Shown piece by piece: positions 23,188 through 43,348 of a stretch of DNA of 64,000 bases. Every line of letters begins with the position of its first letter. The stretch's first letter is position 1. The DNA is from the human T2T-CHM13v2.0 reference genome, Homo sapiens: NCBI RefSeq assembly GCF_009914755.1, contig NC_060929.1. The stretch is one strand, 5' to 3'. The notes below the pieces were generated by a model that saw only the letters and a list, made by a program, of their open reading frames with translations, was not told the origin of the DNA and ran no database searches. The position numbers were made by a program, and so were the translations under genes.

Positions 23188-24585
23188 TGACATTCTTTAC
23201 TGACCACAGGTTAGGAACCCTGTGTGGGGACTGTGCAGACAAGGTATGAGGCCATTTCTCCCCAAGGGGCTTTTATTGGCTTTGCATGTCAAGCTTGATT
23301 CCTTAAAGGGAAACACACCCTTTCAGTCAAATCCCTGGTAAAATAACCAGTTTTTCCAACTGTGTCCTGTTTACAAAGAAAAATGGATTCTGATTGCACT
23401 GAGATGAACAACTATATTCCCATAAGTTAAGAGTACTCACAGATAATTTCCAAATTCTAGAGGAACCAGGCAGAGAAAAATAAACATGCTCCAAGTTTTC
23501 TTCACAGTATAACTTACTCAATTATTAAAGTCCATAAATAGTTTAAAATAACTTTCCTTGACTCTGAAAATCAAAACAAAGATCGACAATATTCCAAGCA
23601 AAGGTTAAAAAGGTTGCTTTAACTTTCTGAGTGTAGTCCACTTAGTAAACTTTTATTTTGCTTGACATTTGTCAATATGTCAGTTCTTTCTGAGTCCCTA
23701 CATTCTTTATTTCAATGTTACAATCTTTAAAGCTATTAAAAACCTGCATTTGAGAACACCTGTTAAATTCCTTCACATAGCTTGATTATAAACCATCTTT
23801 TGAGAAGGAACAAAGCAAGACAACAATTGTCTGTGAATGAAAAATTTCCAGGATAGTTAAAAATATGACTGACGAAGTTTACTTATCTTCATGGTTTACA
23901 ATAACTTTACCCTTAATTGATTGAGGGTAATATGATTGATAGCTATACTTAGACATTAGAATTTTAGAAATCCCATACAATTTTGGAACATATATTAGTA
24001 TTATTCATCAAAATATAACTTAAAGAAGATTGGACATCATTTTGGCAATCTCTTATGACTAAACATGTCAAATGATCCTATTTATCTCTTTTCTGAATGT
24101 TTTGGGGCCCTCTGAACCAACCAAAAAGTCAGGTATCCGGAGGGACAATTTCCAGATTGCCATAAATTATTTTGCCAAAATGATGACTCAAAAGGCAAAA
24201 ACCTTTCATTAGCCTTTACTATGACATGAAAATTTTGTTCAAAGCAAAATTTTACCCTTGCATTAATTTATTAATGTTAACCCCAATTCATTTACATGAA
24301 ACCTTATAGATTATTCCATTTAATCCTAACCAATTTGACCATGAGGTGAAAACTTTACAAACCTTTTATAACCCTTTTACTAAAGGGCAGATTAGCATCT
24401 TAAGACCTCCTTGCTATGCTGTTATTTTAATGCTTAATTTATGTAAAGACCATATAGATGCTATGGGAGAAGACAGTGTAGTACTTCTACTATGCATTTC
24501 ACTGCAAAGCAACCCAAAGCCAATTGGCTTATTTTATATTCAGCCCATCCCTGATAGGAGTCTCATCTCCCAGTGTGGGATGTGG

Positions 24586-24790
24586 ATGGGGAAACCCTGT
24601 TTCTACAAAAAAAAATACAAATATTAGGTGGGCATGGTGGCACGCACCTGTAGTCCCAGCTACTAGGAAGGGAGGTGGGAGGTTCACCTGAACCCAAGAG
24701 GTCTAGGCTGCAGTGAGCTGAGATCATGCCATTGTACTCCAGCCTAGGTGACAGTGAGACTCTGTCTCGAAAACATACACATAAAAAAAA
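24586..24790 (+). mobile_element. AluJ-like element, 3' half of the split Alu
   Basis: Resumes 'gaaaccctgtttctacaaaa...' with the right arm. Outer TSD taaaaatcatgaattca at 24791-24807. Confidence 0.9.
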
Positions 24791-25292
24791 TAAAAATCAT
24801 GAATTCATATTGATAAGTAATTTTGAAAAATTCACCTAATGAAAGTAGGGCTCCTAGAGGAGGCAAGATTTGGTTGTCTCCTGGTCAGCTTGGAGAGAGG
24901 AGTTTGTGGAAGTAAAAGGTGAGGAATGATAACCTACAGAAAACTGACTTCACAGCAACAGAAACAAAGAAAAGATGCAGGATGTCATAATTTATGTCTT
25001 GGTCCTGCCACATATGTGACCTTATGTAAATTATTTTTTTCTCTTTGAGTCTCAGATTTCCCCTTTGTAAAGGTGAAATCCCAGTTCCTCTTTTGCATCC
25101 CTCTGATGTTACTCTGAGCATCAAAGGAGTGATGACTACCATTTGTGGTACTATTATGAGGATATACACACATACTGATATAGATCCCTGTATGGATACA
25201 CAAAAAACTGGTAACAGTAACTGCCTAAAGTATGTTGTTAGGAGTCAGTGAGAGACTTTTTGCTACATATAAAAGGATTTATATTGTTTGAA

Positions 25293-25591
25293 TATTTTTC
25301 TTTTTCTTTAGAGACAGATTCTTGCTCTGTCACCAAGGCTGGAGTGCAGTGGCTAATGATGGGTCACTGCAGTCTCGAACTCCTGGCCTCAAGTATCTTC
25401 CCACCTCATCCTCCCATAGCTAGGACTACGGGCATGGGCTACTAAGCCTGGATAATTTTTTTTCTTTTTTGTAGGAACAGGGGTCTTGCTACGTTGCCAA
25501 GGCTGGTATGAATCTCCTGAACTCAAGCAATCCTCCTGCCTCTGCCTCCCAAAGTGCTGGGATTACAGGCGTCAGCCACCGTGCCTGGCCT
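25293..25591 (-). mobile_element. AluJ-like
   Basis: Antisense Alu dimer. Confidence 0.88.
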
Positions 25592-26249
25592 GAATATCTT
25601 TCTTGAGGATGGAAAAAAAAAAAAAGTAAGTAAGTAGGTAATGAATTTGAAAGAGCTTTGTAAATCACAAAGTATGACACAAATATTAGGATTTTATTTT
25701 TACTATTATCCACCAGCAACAAGATATCAAACACTGGTTCTGTGATTATTTAATGGTGAAAAAGTTGAATAAATCAATTTAGTATACCCATATGTTGGAA
25801 TATTGAGTCCATTTTTCTTTTAAAAATCACACTTTGGAATAATTGATGATACTGGCAAATGCTCAAGCTGAGTGGAAAAATATATAAACATTGTATAGGC
25901 GAATAATTCCAATCTTGTGCATTCCCTGTGTAAACCTACATACACAAAAAGAAAAAAGACTGAAAGGAACCATCCACAATGCTTTGATGGGAAAGACGGA
26001 GAAACAAAGTGTTAATTTTCTTAACTATAGTTTTGGTGTATTCCAGATTTTCTACAAGTTAATAAATGCCACTAAGAAAAGGGGAAACATCACAGCTACA
26101 CCTTCAAACACCAGAAAAAGAATTTTTTTTTTTTTTTTTTTTTTTAGGTTGGGGTATGATTTTGATCTGGGCACTAACGGGGACACTGATTGCTTTTGCC
26201 AGTAAGTCAAGACCAGCAGATAAAAAATAATTTTTAAAAACCTCGTGAG

Positions 26250-26830
<581 letters not shown>

Positions 26831-27118
26831 TAGCGTAATTGAATGGGCGATGTGCTCCCGTGATGAGGATCTGGCTTGGAGTGCCCGTGTTAAGTGAACA
26901 GAGACTTGTTAGCAAGGACCTGTTGTTAAAAGTCACTCTCATGCACAATATTTAAGCTCTTAAGCCAATTGCCTAGCTATTCTGTTAGATATCTTTGAAT
27001 GCTGACTGTTCAGAAGTCTGTGTAAGCCTTGCTTGTGGGCAATACTTAACGTCTGTGCTTCATTATCAGTAACAGGCCACATGGACTAGATTCAACAGAG
27101 AGTCAGAAAAAAAGAGAA

Positions 27119-27226
27119 GGCTGGGCGCGGGAGGCAGGAGGATCACTTAAGGCCAGGAGTTGGAGACCAAGTTTTTGTTTTTGTTTTGTTTTTTCTGTGG
27201 TTGTTGTTTGTGAAACTCCGCCACTA

Positions 27227-27260
<34 letters not shown>

Positions 27261-27468
27261 AGAGAGAGAGAGAAAGAAGGAAGAGAGAAAGAAAGAAAAA
27301 GAAAAAATTTAATTTGCCCGGCGCAGTGGTGCACACATGTAGTTCCAGCTACTGGGAAGGCTGAGGTGGAAGGATCGCTTGAGCCTGGGAGGTCAAGGCT
27401 GCAGTGAGCGGTGATTGGACACTGCACTCCAGCTTGGGTGACAGAGCAAGACCCTGTCTCAGAAAAAG
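27119..27468 (+). mobile_element. AluJ-like element with a T-rich insert and an expanded A/GA linker
   Basis: Alu arms interrupted by 27171-27210 and 27228-27307. Confidence 0.8.
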
Positions 27469-27878
27469 AGGGAGGGGGAGAAAGAAATATAACAGAAAGA
27501 TGGGAATTTAATCTTTGAAGAGGGCTGCATTGTTAATGATTATTATAACTAACATTTATTGAGCACTTACTAGGAGCTAGGTATGATTACTTTTATCTTC
27601 TCCCTAATCTTCAGGACAACCCAATGAGGTAAATATTCTTTTATTCCCATTTCACAGAAAGGAGAGTTGAGGCTTAGCATTTCTGTCTGGCTTTCTCAAT
27701 TTCAGGGCAGGAAAAAAACTAAGTTCTTAAGAAAATGGATCAGGTTGTGGCTAGTTGAGCATTTGAGTTCACAGTGCTATTACATTATCTTCCTCCAAAC
27801 AGCCTCTGTTATCTAGCAACAGAGCGTGTTGTTAATGACAGGCTTCCATCCATGCTTTCTTCCCTTTTTCCCCTGTGA

Positions 27879-28058
<180 letters not shown>

Positions 28059-28501
28059 TAATTCCATGACCTAACTCCTTTCTTCAGAATATTTCCTCCC
28101 AGCATCTGGTTTTCTGTTTATCTTAATCGCAGACTTACAGGCTACAGATGATGTCTGCAGTATTTGTAACTGCAGAGTACATGTATATTTCCTGTTTAGA
28201 TTGTTGTACTTCCATCTGATAGCCGAGCATTCTGTGTGCCTCTTTTATCTGATTCTTTCCCCACATGCCCCATAAGATTGGTTTCTAGACTGACCTGGCA
28301 TTGAACATTAAGATTAGAAACAGAGACTATAAGAATGTAATATTAACAATTCATAGGTTGGCTTTAGCCAGTGATAGTCTCTACGTGCATTGCATTACAC
28401 TGTTCCTCAAGACAGATCTCATTATAAAATACACAAATCTGATATTTGATTTGGCAGTATTTTGAAACGCTGTATGGGAAACAAATCATATAATGAATTG
28501 G

Positions 28502-29432
<931 letters not shown>

Positions 29433-29535
29433 TTAAAATAGTGTTTCTTAGCCAAATGCATTTTATCTCCTGGCTTTCTGGGCAGTTTGTGTACTCTCTG
29501 TGGTACCCACAGGTCTTATCATGGTGTTGAACTAA

Positions 29536-29787
<252 letters not shown>

Positions 29788-29917
29788 TAAACCACCAATT
29801 CCATGTCTTACAGGTGTTGATCTGATACAGGATTGGCTCACATATACTTTGTTTCAACATATACGTTGTACAGAATGCAGTATTTAAATATTTTTTCAAT
29901 TAGTTAAAAGTATTTGA

Positions 29918-30461
<544 letters not shown>

Positions 30462-30813
30462 TGAATTGTGACCCTTGCCTTATGTGACTGTGATGATGTT
30501 TGTGAGGCTTTTACTTGCTTGTTCTAGTTTGAATTTTCCAGAAGAACTGGAAAAGAGATTGAAATAATATAAATCAAATAACTTCTAAAGTATTCCTAGG
30601 ATTAACACACAAGTTAACAGATTTGTATAATGTGTAACTGAAATGACCAAATAAAACTGTTGTTAGGGATGAAGTTTTTTCCCTACTGCTCCTTCCCTCC
30701 ATGTTCCGTGTGTAGGACTTCGGTCAAGTCACTGAATGTCTCTGAGATCTCTTTACTATGAAAGAGGAGAGGGTCAGGGCTCTAGTATTCCTTGAAGAAT
30801 GAATATTCAATAA

Positions 30814-30948
<135 letters not shown>

Positions 30949-31262
30949 TAAAGATCTTACTACATTAATACTTAACTGGGGACAGTTCGCTGTAGGCTCT
31001 CCCATAACTTTTTTTTTGTTAAATTTACATTTCTTTCTTTTAAGATCCCTGTACAGCTTTGTTTTGAAAGGATATAAAAATCATAATAGGAGCAGCTCTG
31101 CTGCCTGCTTGGTCTGTAATCCTGGATGAATTACTGCTTCTCCCTGAGCCTTTGTGTTCTTAGTGGAAAATGGAATTGACGGCACTGGCTCTGCATTCCC
31201 ACGTGCTAACACTTGCCTGAAGCCGTGTATGACTGTGTATGACTGCCGTCTTCAGCACTGAC

Positions 31263-32618
<1,356 letters not shown>

Positions 32619-32876
32619 TTACTGGACCAAATACATAATATGTATTCAGTTAGTATTAATTCTCCCCACTCCCTTTCAGTCTTGACTTGTGAAGCCAGTG
32701 TTTGGTATAGGAGAGAATTTTATCTAAGTAAGATCATAATTGCCCTTAAGATGAAAATTTACTAATAACTATAAGATGTTTGATAAAATCCTTCCACTTC
32801 TTGATTGTGGAAATTTAGGTTGTGGGTCGAATGGATAGTAGCACTAGGGGAGAAAGAAGACATGCAGAGCTTTTAA

Positions 32877-33050
<174 letters not shown>

Positions 33051-33835
33051 TAGCCTGTGCCCATTCCAAGCTGTGCCCTCCCTGCTGCCTGTATGCTGAT
33101 GTTACTCCAGTTGCTAATGCAAACCTTTCCAAGAGGAGAGGCCATAGATTCTTATTTTTAATGTGCATTTTGTCAGTAGTGGTCCGAAATCTCCCATACA
33201 TAAGCAGAATTACAGAATTTTAGAATTAGTGCCTTTATTTTTCTGTGTTGTAAGCTGTCCCTGTATCCGATAAAATCCTTTAAAAAGGATACAGTACAGA
33301 TATGAGGATTTGTGCATTAATAAAATACTTAAAAAATACTTTCACACTGGATAATACCATTAAATGGTCTCTCCATCCCATGACAACTGTAATATGAGGC
33401 ACTAAGAGACAATGTATATGAGGGTTTGTTATTTTCGTAAATGTCATGAGATTCCCTTGACATTCATACTTAGCTTAATATTCTGTAATAAGTCTGTACA
33501 TTTACCTATATCCTTAATTTTACCAATATTTTCTCTCTGTACCAGCTGTTAGGCATAATGATTTCTCTAAATTTATTTCCTTCCATGTAAAGTTTTTTTG
33601 TTTTTTTTTTTTCTGAAATGAATGTTTTCAAGTACCAAGGAGTACCTTGAGAGCTAGTCATTCCACTGGCAACTCCAGCTCTTTGAGTTGTTCAAAACAT
33701 TTATTCTTTGGTACAGACTTGGATACTTCTTAATGCAGGTGGAAGGTAAGAAATACCTTTAATTCTATAGTTATTGCTAATGAGGAACATGGAATCCTTT
33801 CTTTGTTCCTAAGATTGCTTCAGAATAGTATAACC

Positions 33836-34083
33836 TTTTTTTTTTTTTTTTTTAAGACAGAGTCTTGCTCTGTTGCTCAGGCCGGAGTACAGTGGTGCCA
33901 TCTCGGCTCACTGCAACCTCCCCGTCCTGGGTTCAAGGGATTTCCAGCTAATTTTTGTATTTTTGGTAGAAGCAAAGTTTCACCATGTTGGCCAGGCTGG
34001 TCTCGAACTCCTGACCTCAAGTGATCTGCATGTCTCAGCCTCCCAAAGTGCTGAGATTACAGGCGTGAGCCACCGCGCTCGGA
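33836..34083 (-). mobile_element. AluS with an internal deletion
   Basis: About 50 bp is missing between 'ttcaagggatt' and 'ccagctaattt'. Confidence 0.88.
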
Positions 34084-34142
34084 TAACATAACCTTTTTAA
34101 AACTATTTTTAATTATAAAGAACTTCATGCATACTGAGATTT

Positions 34143-34213
34143 TATATATATATGTATATATACACACATACATATATGCGCATATATATACACATATTTA
34201 TATCTATATATAT
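34143..34213. repeat. (TA/CA)n microsatellite
   Basis: Direct reading. Confidence 0.85.
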
Positions 34214-34331
34214 CTCAAATCTGGCAGTCGGAAGTATATGAAGATAAAAAGTGAGCTATCCCCACATCTTTCCTTTCTCTCCCAAACCCACTCCTGACTT
34301 AACAATGTCACTACTTTATTTTTACCTGTAG

Positions 34332-34493
<162 letters not shown>

Positions 34494-35629
34494 CCCTTTT
34501 GCGCTTCAGTTCTGGTGTGCTTAACCATGCAAGCCCTCCCACCTCCCAGGGCTCCTTGCCTTAGGTGGCTGTAGCATCCCTACCACCCAGGACACTGGTG
34601 CGAATGACACAACTCAAGTTGGGAGGGGAACAGGGAAGGAAGGGATGGATGGGGGTGGTGTATCTTACTCTGTTTAAGCAGAACACCTTGTTTGCGGTGT
34701 TGGAACATGGTTCCTTTGGCAGAAGTGCTTTTTTTTTAATCGCAGTACTATTTTTATAAAGCAAGAACTATTCCATGCCTTGGAGAATGAATCATTTTTA
34801 GATTGTGACATAAATCTTGTAAAAACCTGTCAGTTATTTTCATCTATGAGAGAAGAGGAGCCCAAACTCTCGCCCACCTGTTCTTAACCAGAAAACCCAC
34901 TGACTTTGAAAATCTCACCTCTGCCACCCATCTACTTGCATTCGTCTTTGGCAGACCTCAAGATAAATATGGGTTAATGCCTGCATGATGCCTCTGAATT
35001 CAGGAATTGCAGGGAAAACTCGGGGCTTTGTGCCAGTCTCTAAGTTGGCAACTTTGGCTGAACAAATGAGTAGTGGCTTCAGTGTCCTTGCGTACACATT
35101 CTGTGGATTGATTTAATGGAGTTGTCAGCATGATCATCATCTTCTAGCCAGGGGCATAGTTGCCAAGGCCATTTACCTCTTTCTAAGAAGAAACAGAATT
35201 ATGTGTATATATGAGAGAAAGAAACAAGAATGCGTGAATGAGGATGAAGAAACATTTACCCCATGTACTCAAGACATTTCAGTTTTAAAAGTCACTTTCC
35301 TATTAGACTTCTTGAAAAACATTCTCACATAGCCTCTATGTAATCAGACAAATGACATTTGATTTCAAGAGCAGAGGGGTAAACATCCTCTGCTAATCGA
35401 CAGGTAGCAGGTGTCAGAGGAGGCATAATATTAATAGCGCCACCTTCTGTTGGGTCAGTGGAGATGGGTGAGGAACAGCACAGAGCAGCAGGGATCATCA
35501 CATGCAGCCAAACTTGGCCTCTGAAGGGGGAAGGTAGTGGGAATAGGTGGTGAGAGAACTCACATTTTTCTCTTGTCCTGGTTTTATATTTCGGAGGGAA
35601 AGGATTATTTGGCCCCATTAAGAATTAAG

Positions 35630-36225
<596 letters not shown>

Positions 36226-36438
36226 TTAAGAGACAGCCCGTGTCCCAGTCCCTCGTCTTGCACTGCAGAATTTACATCTAAGAAGAAAATGTATTTTTGA
36301 AAGGGTGATGGCTGGCCTCATCCCTCACTAATTGACAACCCATCTGTCGATGCCATTTTTTCCCTTCCTGTTCTCACTCCACAGAAAGAGGAGATACGGT
36401 TCTTGTTTGGTAATTGCTAAAATCTCTTTGAGGAAAGA

Positions 36439-36444
36439 AATAAA
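36439..36444 (+). terminator. THG1L: Probable THG1L distal poly(A) signal AATAAA
   Basis: First canonical hexamer I could see after the stop codon, followed by U-rich sequence. Confidence 0.65.
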
Positions 36445-36560
36445 GATGTCAACTCCTTTGGCCTGCTTTTTCATTTATTTTTCTTAGACAAATAGACTAT
36501 ATGAAATCTAACTTTTGTGTATATCTCTGGGTAGCCTAGGATACACATGCCCTCATCATA

Positions 36561-37691
36561 GCAGTGGTTCACAAACTTCTGGATGCAAAAAAAAAATTAC
36601 TTGGAATGCTTGTTTAAAATGCACATTTTTGGCTCCTCCCAGCCCCCAGGAAGGTTTGAAGCTCAACAATCTTTTTTTTTTTTTTTTTTTTTGAGATGGA
36701 GTCTCGCTCTGTCAGCTCACTGCAACCTCTGCCTCTCAGGTTCAAGTGATTCTCCTGCCTTAGCCTCCTGAGTAGCTGGGACTACAGACACGCACCACCA
36801 TGCCTGGCTTAATTTTTGTATTTTTAGTAGAGACGGGGGTTTTCACTACATTGGCCAGGCTGGTCTCGAACTGCTGACCTCGTGATCCGCCCGCTTCAGC
36901 CTCCCAAAGTGCTGGGATTACAGGTGTGAGCCATCACGCCCAGCCAGCAATCTGATTTTTAGCCCCAAAGGCTTCTGATATGTGTGGTTGTCAATATACA
37001 GCAGCTTCGGCAGCAAGGCCCTCGGTATACTGTGATAGGCTGGGTGGGAAGGAAGTAAGATAATGTAGCTGTTGATTGGCAATTTTAACTTAATGGTAAG
37101 TTGACAGCATTTTATATCAAAATACAAGTAGGCATTAGAGTACAAATTTTCAAGAAAACCACCCAGAGAAACGTGCTTTCTGTGGGTCTTAAATGACACT
37201 ATAAAGGCTATCACTCAGTTTTGCCATATGATGTGGGGATGAGCGCTCATTTGTTGAATTGCCAGCAATTCTGCAGCTTTGAGTTTTTTATTCAGGCAGG
37301 GGGTTTTGAACAAAGTGATAAGCTGGGTTCAAAACCTGTGCCATAAAGAAACCTGTACTGCTACCAATTAGAAGCCACTGTTTGATGGTTTTTGTTTTTT
37401 TTTTTTTTTTGAGATGGAGTCTCCCTCTGTCACCCCAGCTGGAGTGCAGTGGCGCGATCTCAGCTCACTGCAACCTCCGCCCCTCCAGGTTTAAGCAATT
37501 CTCTGCCTCAGCCTCCAGCGTAGCTGGGATTACAGGCGCGTGCCACCACGCCCGGCTAATTTTTTGTATTTTTAGTAGAGACGGGGTTTCACCATCTTGG
37601 CCAGGCTGGTCTTGAACTCCTGACCTCGTGATCCACCCGCCTCGGCCTCCCAAAGTGCTGGGATTACAGGCGTGAGCCACCGCGCCCGGCC
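36561..37691. mobile_element. MER5-like hAT fragment (36561-36660) and antisense Alus (36672-36945, 37389-37691)
   Basis: cagtggttcacaaactt...tgcttgtttaaaatgcaca; Alu consensus. Confidence 0.75.
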
Positions 37692-38388
37692 TGCTTGATG
37701 GTTTTGTCTTCGCTGTAGTATGCATTCATCCCAAGGTATATTTCAGAGTTGTATATTAATTTTCATCTTGCTCTCTAAGGTACTCTCCAGTATTCTCTTG
37801 GACTTCCTAAGTCTTAAGGAAACTGAAATGTACACAAAGCAACTAGTACAGAGAATACTAGTTGATGGCAGTTTGAGAATGTGGTGACGGGCAAGTGATG
37901 TGTGGCCTGTAGGTGAGTGGAAACATTTTGGCTCTGCTGGATGAGAAGGTTATATCTGGGCCTTCCGCGAAGAGTAGACTGTCATTTTAAAATCGACCAA
38001 AAAATATTTTGCCGAACTGAGACTATAAAGTAGCAAGTGGTATGATCAGGTCTTGGGAATTTTCCATAGTTTCCTCCAAGAGCTGGATCTTCGTTTCTTC
38101 CAATTGGTTAGCAATGCTTAGAAAGACAGTGATATAATGAATTTTCTTTGATACTAAGCACAAATTTGTTTATGCACAGGGTATAGGAAATGGAGGACAG
38201 ACACCCAGTATTGGCTGACATGCATCTATTATGAGCTCTGTAGGCAGTATCTCTCCATCCTGAGGTCAGTTCTATAAGGTAGGTGCTATTTATATCATAT
38301 TTCAGACGAGAAACACGCTAAATACTTTGAGCCCAGATAGGCTATTCTTCCCACCCTATCAGTAGTACTCAGCATGGAAGCAAACTGA

Positions 38389-39459
<1,071 letters not shown>

Positions 39460-40914
39460 TAGTGGTCATAAGAAGCCGTGGGAAAGGTCTTCAGCGGTAA
39501 TCGGGGCCCATGGAAGGGTCACAGAGGTGATGAGCCTGCCGAGAGGGTCTACAGGATTGATGGAGGACCTGGAGAGGTGGCGGGGCTACAGAGTTTGGGG
39601 GACATCATAGGGACGTCTACAGAGGTGATGAGAGGTCTTAGAGACCACAGTGAGAGGTAAGGTGGGGCGGAAAACGGGAGACGTGGGGGAGCGCACAGCC
39701 AATATTAGGGGAAGGAGAGTATTTGGTCAGTGGGATTTGAGGATGATCGGATGGAGTGTGGGGAGATTTGTTCAGATAGCACAGGCGCATAATCCCATAA
39801 CCCCTGTACATTGACAGCTCCTTCTCGAGTGCGATAAGCAGAAGGGCTGCAGAGTCTTGATACACATATGTTCACATTACTAAGTCACAAGTGCTGAAAT
39901 GCAGCAGGCACAGAATGCCACTAAAACACAGACGCTGTTTTACAGCCACTCTGCCTGGCTGGGTGCAGGACTGTCTGTCAGGCTCATATTACCATATGTG
40001 CAGGTTATTTTAAGTTCTAAAGGTGTAAATGGCACAAGGGAATTTCTTGGAGCCTCCTCATAGATCCTTAGAGTAAAGCTGTAAACAGCAGAGGCTCTAA
40101 TGTGTGAGTTAGGTCTTGTATAAATGGAATAAAAACAGCCTAAGGTTATCTCTTTTGTCATCTGGCAAGCAGTTCTGACATCTGCCCTGTGAACACAATG
40201 ACCTACTTAGCCATTCAAAGCATCTGTATCCTGATAATTAAATTGTTACCTTATTAAGTCACTGTCTTTTGGATGGAGAGGTGTGCCAAGCAAGGGACTG
40301 TTTTGCTTCATTCCTAGAAATTTGTTTATTAAGAGAGAACATCCTGAAACGCTCTGTGCTGTTCCGTGTGCCTTCGTTGGATGTCTTACCATGCCACAGC
40401 ATCCCTGCCCAAGCTAGGATTTACCCCGGCCTGCTTGCCTGGCTGTAACACAAAGACAGTATGCTTGTTCCCAAAATGAGAGCAGTTTGGGGGACCTTAA
40501 TTTGCCTATGCAATTTGCCACCATTAGGTAGTTGAAATGCACTCCAAGTCTCATTGCAACATTTATTTCTATTTTACCAGTTATTGCTTTGCTACCAAGA
40601 TTGTCAAGGGAAAGGAATATTCCTGTGTATTGCTATGTGGTGGGTGGTTTTAGCTTTCCCTATAGAGCACTTTACTGTAATGGTATGACAGTGTGTGAAG
40701 ACCAGCTTTGTCAACTTCTTATGATTAAGTATATATCCCTGGAATCAAGATCTCAGAGAATATGCCCTACATACTGAAAATTTTCACCATGGCACTGCAG
40801 ACAGTTGAGTGTACATGAGAGAAAGGCATTGACGTCGCACAGAGTTGATGACCTTCAGAAAGCAAGAAAACAACAGAAACATGGGTGAGGATTGGATTCA
40901 TTCAAGAAAGAGTT

Positions 40915-41100
40915 CCTACTTGAGGGTGAAGGGTGGGAGGAGGGTGAGAATCACAAAACTACCTATTGGGTACTGTGATCACTACCTGGGTGACAAAATA
41001 ATTTGTGCACCAAACCCCAGTGACACACGATTTACACCTGCAACAAACCTTTCGTGTACCTCCTGATCCAAAAACAAAAGTTGGAAGGGGGGAAAAAAAA
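40915..41100 (+). mobile_element. L1PA15/16-like 3' end
   Basis: tacttgagggtgaagggtgggaggagggtgaga...actacctattgggtac...cctgggtgacaaaataat, followed by an A tail. Confidence 0.8.
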
Positions 41101-41632
41101 GAACTAGGTATGTTTTATATGTATGCCACAGTTTTAATTTAAAAAAATATATGCCTACTCTAAACTCTGATTGGATACAGTTGCTCAGGAAAATCAAAAT
41201 ATAGATACCAGTAAGATAATACTATTTGTGGACATATACAAATGCTTTCTGGAAAAAAATGCCTATGCATTTGAGAATGCATAATCCTTTGCAAAATATT
41301 CACATAAAATGTAAGTTCCATCAGGCTGTAACAGCAAAAAGAAGCTTTGTTAGGTCATATCATCAGTGAAACATAATGAAGAATACATGAGGAGCTACAT
41401 TTTGTCGCTGACTTTAAAATGATGTATTTCATCAATTCAGATCCAAGTTACCCATCCAAATTCACAGAGAGGACAGTGTGGAATGTTTATGAAAAAACAA
41501 GGAGTGCAAAATTAAGTGTAATGGTGTTTTAACTGTAAAATATTTCACTTTGTATCTCTGTCATAGAATCTCTTTGAATTCCCTTGTGGAGCAGTTGTAT
41601 TCTTTTCCTTGCAGTAATAAAATTTTAAAAGT

Positions 41633-41921
41633 AGCCAGGCACAGTGGCTCACACCTGTAATCCCAGCACTTTGGGAGGCCGAGGCGGGCAGAACACTTGA
41701 GGCCAGGAGTTCAAGACCAGCCTGGCCAACGTGGTGAAACCCTGTCTCTACTAAAAATACAAAAATTAGTTGGGCATGGCAGCATCTGCCTCTAGTTCCA
41801 GCTGTTCAGGAGGATGAGGCACGAGAATCGCTTGAACCCTGTAAGTGGAAGCTGCAGTGAGCCGAGATCATAGGGACATCATAGAGACCTCTACAGAGGT
41901 GATACGAGGTCTCAAAAAAAA
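41633..41921 (+). mobile_element. AluS with its 3' segment replaced by a templated insert
   Basis: Alu consensus until gagatcat (41871), non-Alu sequence to 41908, then gtctc and an A tail. Confidence 0.9.
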
Positions 41922-42502
41922 GTAATAATAAAAGTATAGGAGGCTGTTGCAATACTGGGAATACTAAAGAAGAAAAAAAGCATAGGAGGAAAGGTTTTTC
42001 GTCATCATTAAGCCTAAGCCATCACTGATACCAACAAAGAACTCACACACAAGCTGTACTTGCAAGTGGAATGCAATTGCTTTTCCTCCTTTTTAATATT
42101 GACATGCCTATAGAGATGGTAAGACAAGACTAAAGAGCATTATCCTCTTTTCCACATAATTCTAGTGTCTATATTTCTCCTTAGTATCGTAGCACCATAC
42201 CTAGCCCACGGTGGTTCTGGTTTATAATTGTGCTTCAAGCAAGCTTTTTCTAGGTATATCTGTCACTGTGAAATGAACTGGTGTGTTCAAGCTCACGTCT
42301 TGACATTATAAAGCTGTAAGAAAAAGTGTTATCATTACTTTGTTTTAGCTACAGGTGTGTTGGTGTGCAGCCTGTGCCGGTGTGAACAAGTGTGTGTGGT
42401 CAATCCAAAATGCATATGACATGCAGGGTTTGGCTCCTAGACCATTGTCTAGGTGAATGGCTTGTCTCCAGTTCCAAATTCAGTTTTCCTGCAGGGAGCC
42501 TA

Positions 42503-42869
<367 letters not shown>

Positions 42870-42997
42870 TTAGGCTTCAGAAAAGGCCAAGCTTAAAATT
42901 CAGCCTTGTCACTTTTCTCAGCTCATTGCAGCTGTTTCCAGTCAGCTGTCTCCAGTGCAACTAAGGAATAGTCTCAGATGATTTCTGCACCACACTG

Positions 42998-42998
42998 C

Positions 42999-43026
<28 letters not shown>
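42998..43026. repeat. (TG)n microsatellite
   Basis: Direct reading. Confidence 0.95.
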
Positions 43027-43029
<3 letters not shown>

Positions 43030-43348
43030 AGGCCAGTTTGACATAGCATCACAATAGGGAAGACACTGATGTGCCTTTGCCGGGTCACTGATTCAAACAT
43101 TGTACTTTCAATCTGTCATGGCACCCTTCTATAGAATGGCAACTAAAACTATTTTCAGAGAAAAGAGAAAATATTTTTCCATTGCAGACTCATAAGGTGA
43201 CTGTTACAGTTTGTGGTTTCATTTCTCTGGGCCCTTAATAGGTTATGGAATCTGGGGAGCTGCCTTTGCCCTAATGAGCTAATAACTTTGTATATTTGGA
43301 GATATATATGTAGATACAGTTTTGTCCTTAAATCTTTGAATAGGTAGT

